Below, in pieces: positions 18,911 through 22,301 of a stretch of DNA of 22,301 nt (the first letter of the stretch is position 1; every line of letters starts with the position of its first letter). A model generated the notes under the pieces. It was not told the origin of the DNA, searched no databases, and saw only the letters and a list, made by a program, of their open reading frames with translations. The translations under genes were made by a program, and so were the position numbers. Where the stretch lies: the NCBI GenBank assembly GCA_013416795.1, contig RQSC01000002.1, forward strand, positions 34,547 to 56,847, read 5' to 3'. This DNA comes from Prasinococcaceae sp. CCMP 1430. Taxonomy: Eukaryota; Plantae; Prasinodermophyta.

Positions 18911-19634
18911 CGCGCGGTGCGCGCCGCGCGCGTTTTTTGCGGTCGTGTGCGGGCGCGCGCTCGCGCGAGCGGGGGCGGCGCGCCACAACGCGCATGGCCC
19001 TCCTCCCCTGTCGGGATGGAGAACCGACGGAAGTGCGTCACCATGCGCGTCGCGCGCACCGACGCCAGCGGCGAACGCTTTTTCGTATCTCGCGAATGTA
19101 CGCGCGCCGCACCGCGAGGAGCCTTCCACGCGCCGCCGGCGCCCCCCCCGAAAGCCGCGCACCGAAAACTACAAAAGTACGTCATTCCTAAATGCAAAAC
19201 ATCCAAATTCGCACGCGCGGCCGCCATGCCGAAATTCCTAACCGTAAAAGGTACCAAAACCGCGTTTTCAAAAAGTAACATTCACCGCATATTATAAATT
19301 CAAAACTACGACTCTGTGCTGAAGCGCTGCGAATCCGAAACTATCTACGGGGAAATGGTTGCCGCGCGGCGGCTGGGCTGCGCGCGCGCACGCATGGCGC
19401 GCGTGTGCGTGTCCCTGCGTGTGCGTGTGCGTGTGTGTGAGTGTGTGCGTGCGTGTGTGTGTGTGTGTGCGTGCGTGCGTGTGTGTGTGTGTGTGTGTGT
19501 GTACGCGCCCTCACGCATCCGCCCCCCTCCAGATGCCTGCACGCTGACGCGCGCGCGCGCCACACAGCGCGCGCCGCGCGCCAGCCCCGCCGCCGCAGCC
19601 GCTCCCGCCCCTCCCCCCAGCCGCGCCGGCGGCC

Positions 19635-20868
19635 ATGGCCAAGGACAAGAAGGAGAAGAAGGAGAAGAAGGAGAAGAAGGAGCTCAAGGCGGAGAAGAAG
19701 ATCTCCAAGTCGGCCAAGAAGGAGAAGAAGGTGCGTGCGTGCGGCCCCGTGTGTGCGTGCGCGCGCACGCGCGCGCGCGTACGCAGACGCAGCGCGAGTC
19801 TGCGACCGCGCGAGCGACGTTGGCGCTGGTGTCTCACACGCGCACACACACGCCTACACACACACGCACACACACACACGCGCACACACACACACACGCG
19901 CGCACGCACACGCCCTCCCTGATCCTCCCAGTCGTCTGCCTCCGAGGCGGCGCCGGCGGCCCCGCGCCGCGTGGGCACCCCCGGCGTCTTCGCCAAGCCG
20001 CTGGCGGGCGAGGCGCTCTCCGCGCAGCTGCTCGCGCTCGTGGGCGCGGCCGCCAAGGCCAAGCAGCTCAAGCGCGGCGTCAAGGAGGTGCGCGTGCGCG
20101 CGGCTAGGTGCACACACGCGTGCGTGCGGCGGGCGTGCAACGCACACACACACACACACACACAAATACACACACACACGCAAGCCCACGCGCACTGTCG
20201 CATACACACGTGCGCACACGCGTACGAACACACACACACACACACGCGCACACACGCAGACACGCAGGCACGCGCACGCGCGCGCGCGCGTGCGCACGCG
20301 CATCCTCGCGCTGACATCCGCCGTCGGCGCTACGCGCATGCGCGTGCGTGTGCGTGCGTGTGTGTGTGTGTACGCAGGTGGTGAAGCACGTGCGCAAGGC
20401 GCCCTCCGGCCTGTGCGTGATCGCCGCGGACATCTCGCCCGTGGACGTCATCATCCACGTGCCCGTGCTGTGCGAGGAGGTGCGAGGGCGCGCGCGCAGC
20501 CGAGCTCGCGCGCGGGGGGGGCGCGCATATGAGCGCATGTGCTCGCACCGGTCGCTCGCGCGATTGCACGATCTCACACACACGCACACGCGCGCACACA
20601 CACACACACACACGCACACACACGATGACACACACACGCACGTGCACACACACGATCACACACACACTCACACCAAAAATTGTCACGCCAGGCGGGCATG
20701 TCGTACGTGTACGTGTCCTCGAAGGAGGCGCTGGGCGCCGCGGGTGCCACCAAGCGCCCCACGAGCTGCGTGGTGGTGGTGGACGGCGCCAAGGGCGGCG
20801 CCAAGGGCGACTCGGGCGTCGCCGCGCTCTACAAGGACGCCGCCAAGGCCGTCAAGGCGCTGCACTAG
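19635..20868 (+). CDS. NHP2: H/ACA snoRNP subunit NHP2 (L7Ae family); exons 19635-19730, 19932-20087, 20378-20479, 20692-20868
   Basis: The spliced product has [39 protein letters not shown] and [23 protein letters not shown]. There are three phase-0 GT-AG introns. Confidence 0.95.
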
Positions 20869-21125
20869 GGAAACGGGCGGCGCGTGCGCGCGGTCGGCAG
20901 AACACACGCGCACACACACATACGCACACGCACGCGCACGCACGCGTGCGTACACACACACAAGCCGCGCGTGTGTGTGATCCCACGCGCCCACACGCAC
21001 AACGCACACACACGCACATACGTGTGTGTGCGTGTATGCGGGCACGCACACGCGCGCGCGTGTGCAAACGTGCGAAGATAACAAAACCAAACCTCACGTT
21101 ACTCGCGCATGGGAGTGGGCGCGCA

Positions 21126-21162
<37 letters not shown>

Positions 21163-21956
21163 GTGTTTGTGCACGTGTTCGTATGCGCGCGCCCTGCTTG
21201 CGTGTGCGAGCGAGCGCGCACGTGCGCGCGGGAGAGCGGCGCCGCGGGAGGGGGCGCGAGCGCGCGCTGCGTGTGCGCACGTGTGCGCAAAGACGCGTGT
21301 GTGCGTGCGCGTGCATTCGCAAGGGAGGGCCCGCGCGCGTGCGTGCGTGCGTGCGTGCGCGTGCTCAGGGGGGCGCGCGCGGGCGCATGTGTGCGTGTGT
21401 GTGCGTATGCATGCGTGCGTGCGTGTGCGTGCGCGTGCGTGCGCGTGCGTGTGTGCGCGTGCACGTGCGAGCGAGTGCGTGTGTGTGCGTGTGTGTGTGT
21501 ATGTGTATGTGTGCGGGCGTGTGTGCCCGCGCGCGCGCGCGTGTGTGTTACGTGGGGTGGCGCGGGAATCCGAGCGCGGCGTGCGTGCGCGTCGGGTACC
21601 TCTCAGCCCCGCGACCACATCCCCACCTACCTCTCGCCAGGTCCTGGGCGCGTGAGCGGACACACACGCACACACACATTCGTGTGCGATAAGACGCAAG
21701 CCCGCGCAAACACGAGTGCGCGCAAGTGTCAGAGTACGCATGTGCAGGAGCGCTCATGTACGTCAATGTTCCCACAACAGATGGAAGCACGCACACACAC
21801 ACGCACACATACTGTACACACACGTACACACAGGAGCACACATGCACACACGTGCACTCGCACAAACACACACACACGTGCACTCGCACAAACACACACA
21901 CCCGTGCACACGCACGCAAAGCACAGACACACACACGCGCGCACCTCCGCGTTTCC

Positions 21957-22092
21957 TCAGTCCTCCCTCGCGCGCTTGTCCGCCGAGGCCTCCTCGGAGG
22001 CGTCGGCGTCGGCGGCGCGCTTGAGGCCGCGCTCGGCGGCGCCCGCGGCGCCCGCGGCGGCCGCGGCGGCCTTCTTTCCCTTCTTTCCCATC
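21957..22092 (-). CDS. probable 3' coding end of an unidentified gene (basic, NLS-like C-terminus), or a short ORF
   Basis: It reads MGKKGKKAAAAAAGAAGAAERGLKRAADADASEEASADKRARED*, with GC3-rich codons. The upstream structure is unclear and may run off the window. Confidence 0.4.
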
Positions 22093-22301
22093 CGCCTCCG
22101 CCGAAGAGACGGTGGCGCCCTCCGGTGCGTGTGGGGATGGGGAGCGCCCCCTCCCCCCCCTCCCCGCGCGCCGCGCGGCGGCGGAGTGGCGCGCGCGCGC
22201 GCGATATCGCGCCGCAGCAGCCACGCGGCCTCCGCCGGTGCCTGCGCCCCCACCTCGGCCGCGTCCGCCACGTCCGCCGCACCGAGCGCCGCACCGCGCG
22301 G

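Overview
This window is GC-rich, gene-dense eukaryotic nuclear DNA from a draft assembly, with N-gaps at 3632-4310, 4882-5719, 12205-12221 and 14171. It is most likely from a green alga: PsbX is nuclear-encoded with a lumenal signal, and the class II formin and ABC1K8 are plant-type. Recognisable genes are a PTEN/C2-type formin whose FH2 N-half lies out of order upstream of the PTEN domain, the last exon of psbX, a 3-exon RPB8, a multi-exon ABC1K8/OSA1 kinase (minus strand), a single-pass membrane protein, a TPR fragment abutting an NPPF-type methyltransferase, a 5'-incomplete Rossmann-fold protein, a 71-aa micro-ORF, a DIRS-type RNase H relic, a 4-exon NHP2 and the 3' end of an unknown gene. 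Most long ORFs in the track are artefacts of GC richness and (CA)n/(TG)n repeats. The most striking pattern is that many spliceosomal introns are built from polarised complementary microsatellites, GU-rich near the donor and CA-rich near the acceptor, three of them as GU-CA-GU-CA. This suggests RNA-structure-guided splice-site pairing. AT-rich intergenic islands share GATAAG, GTAC-cluster and telomere-like motifs.
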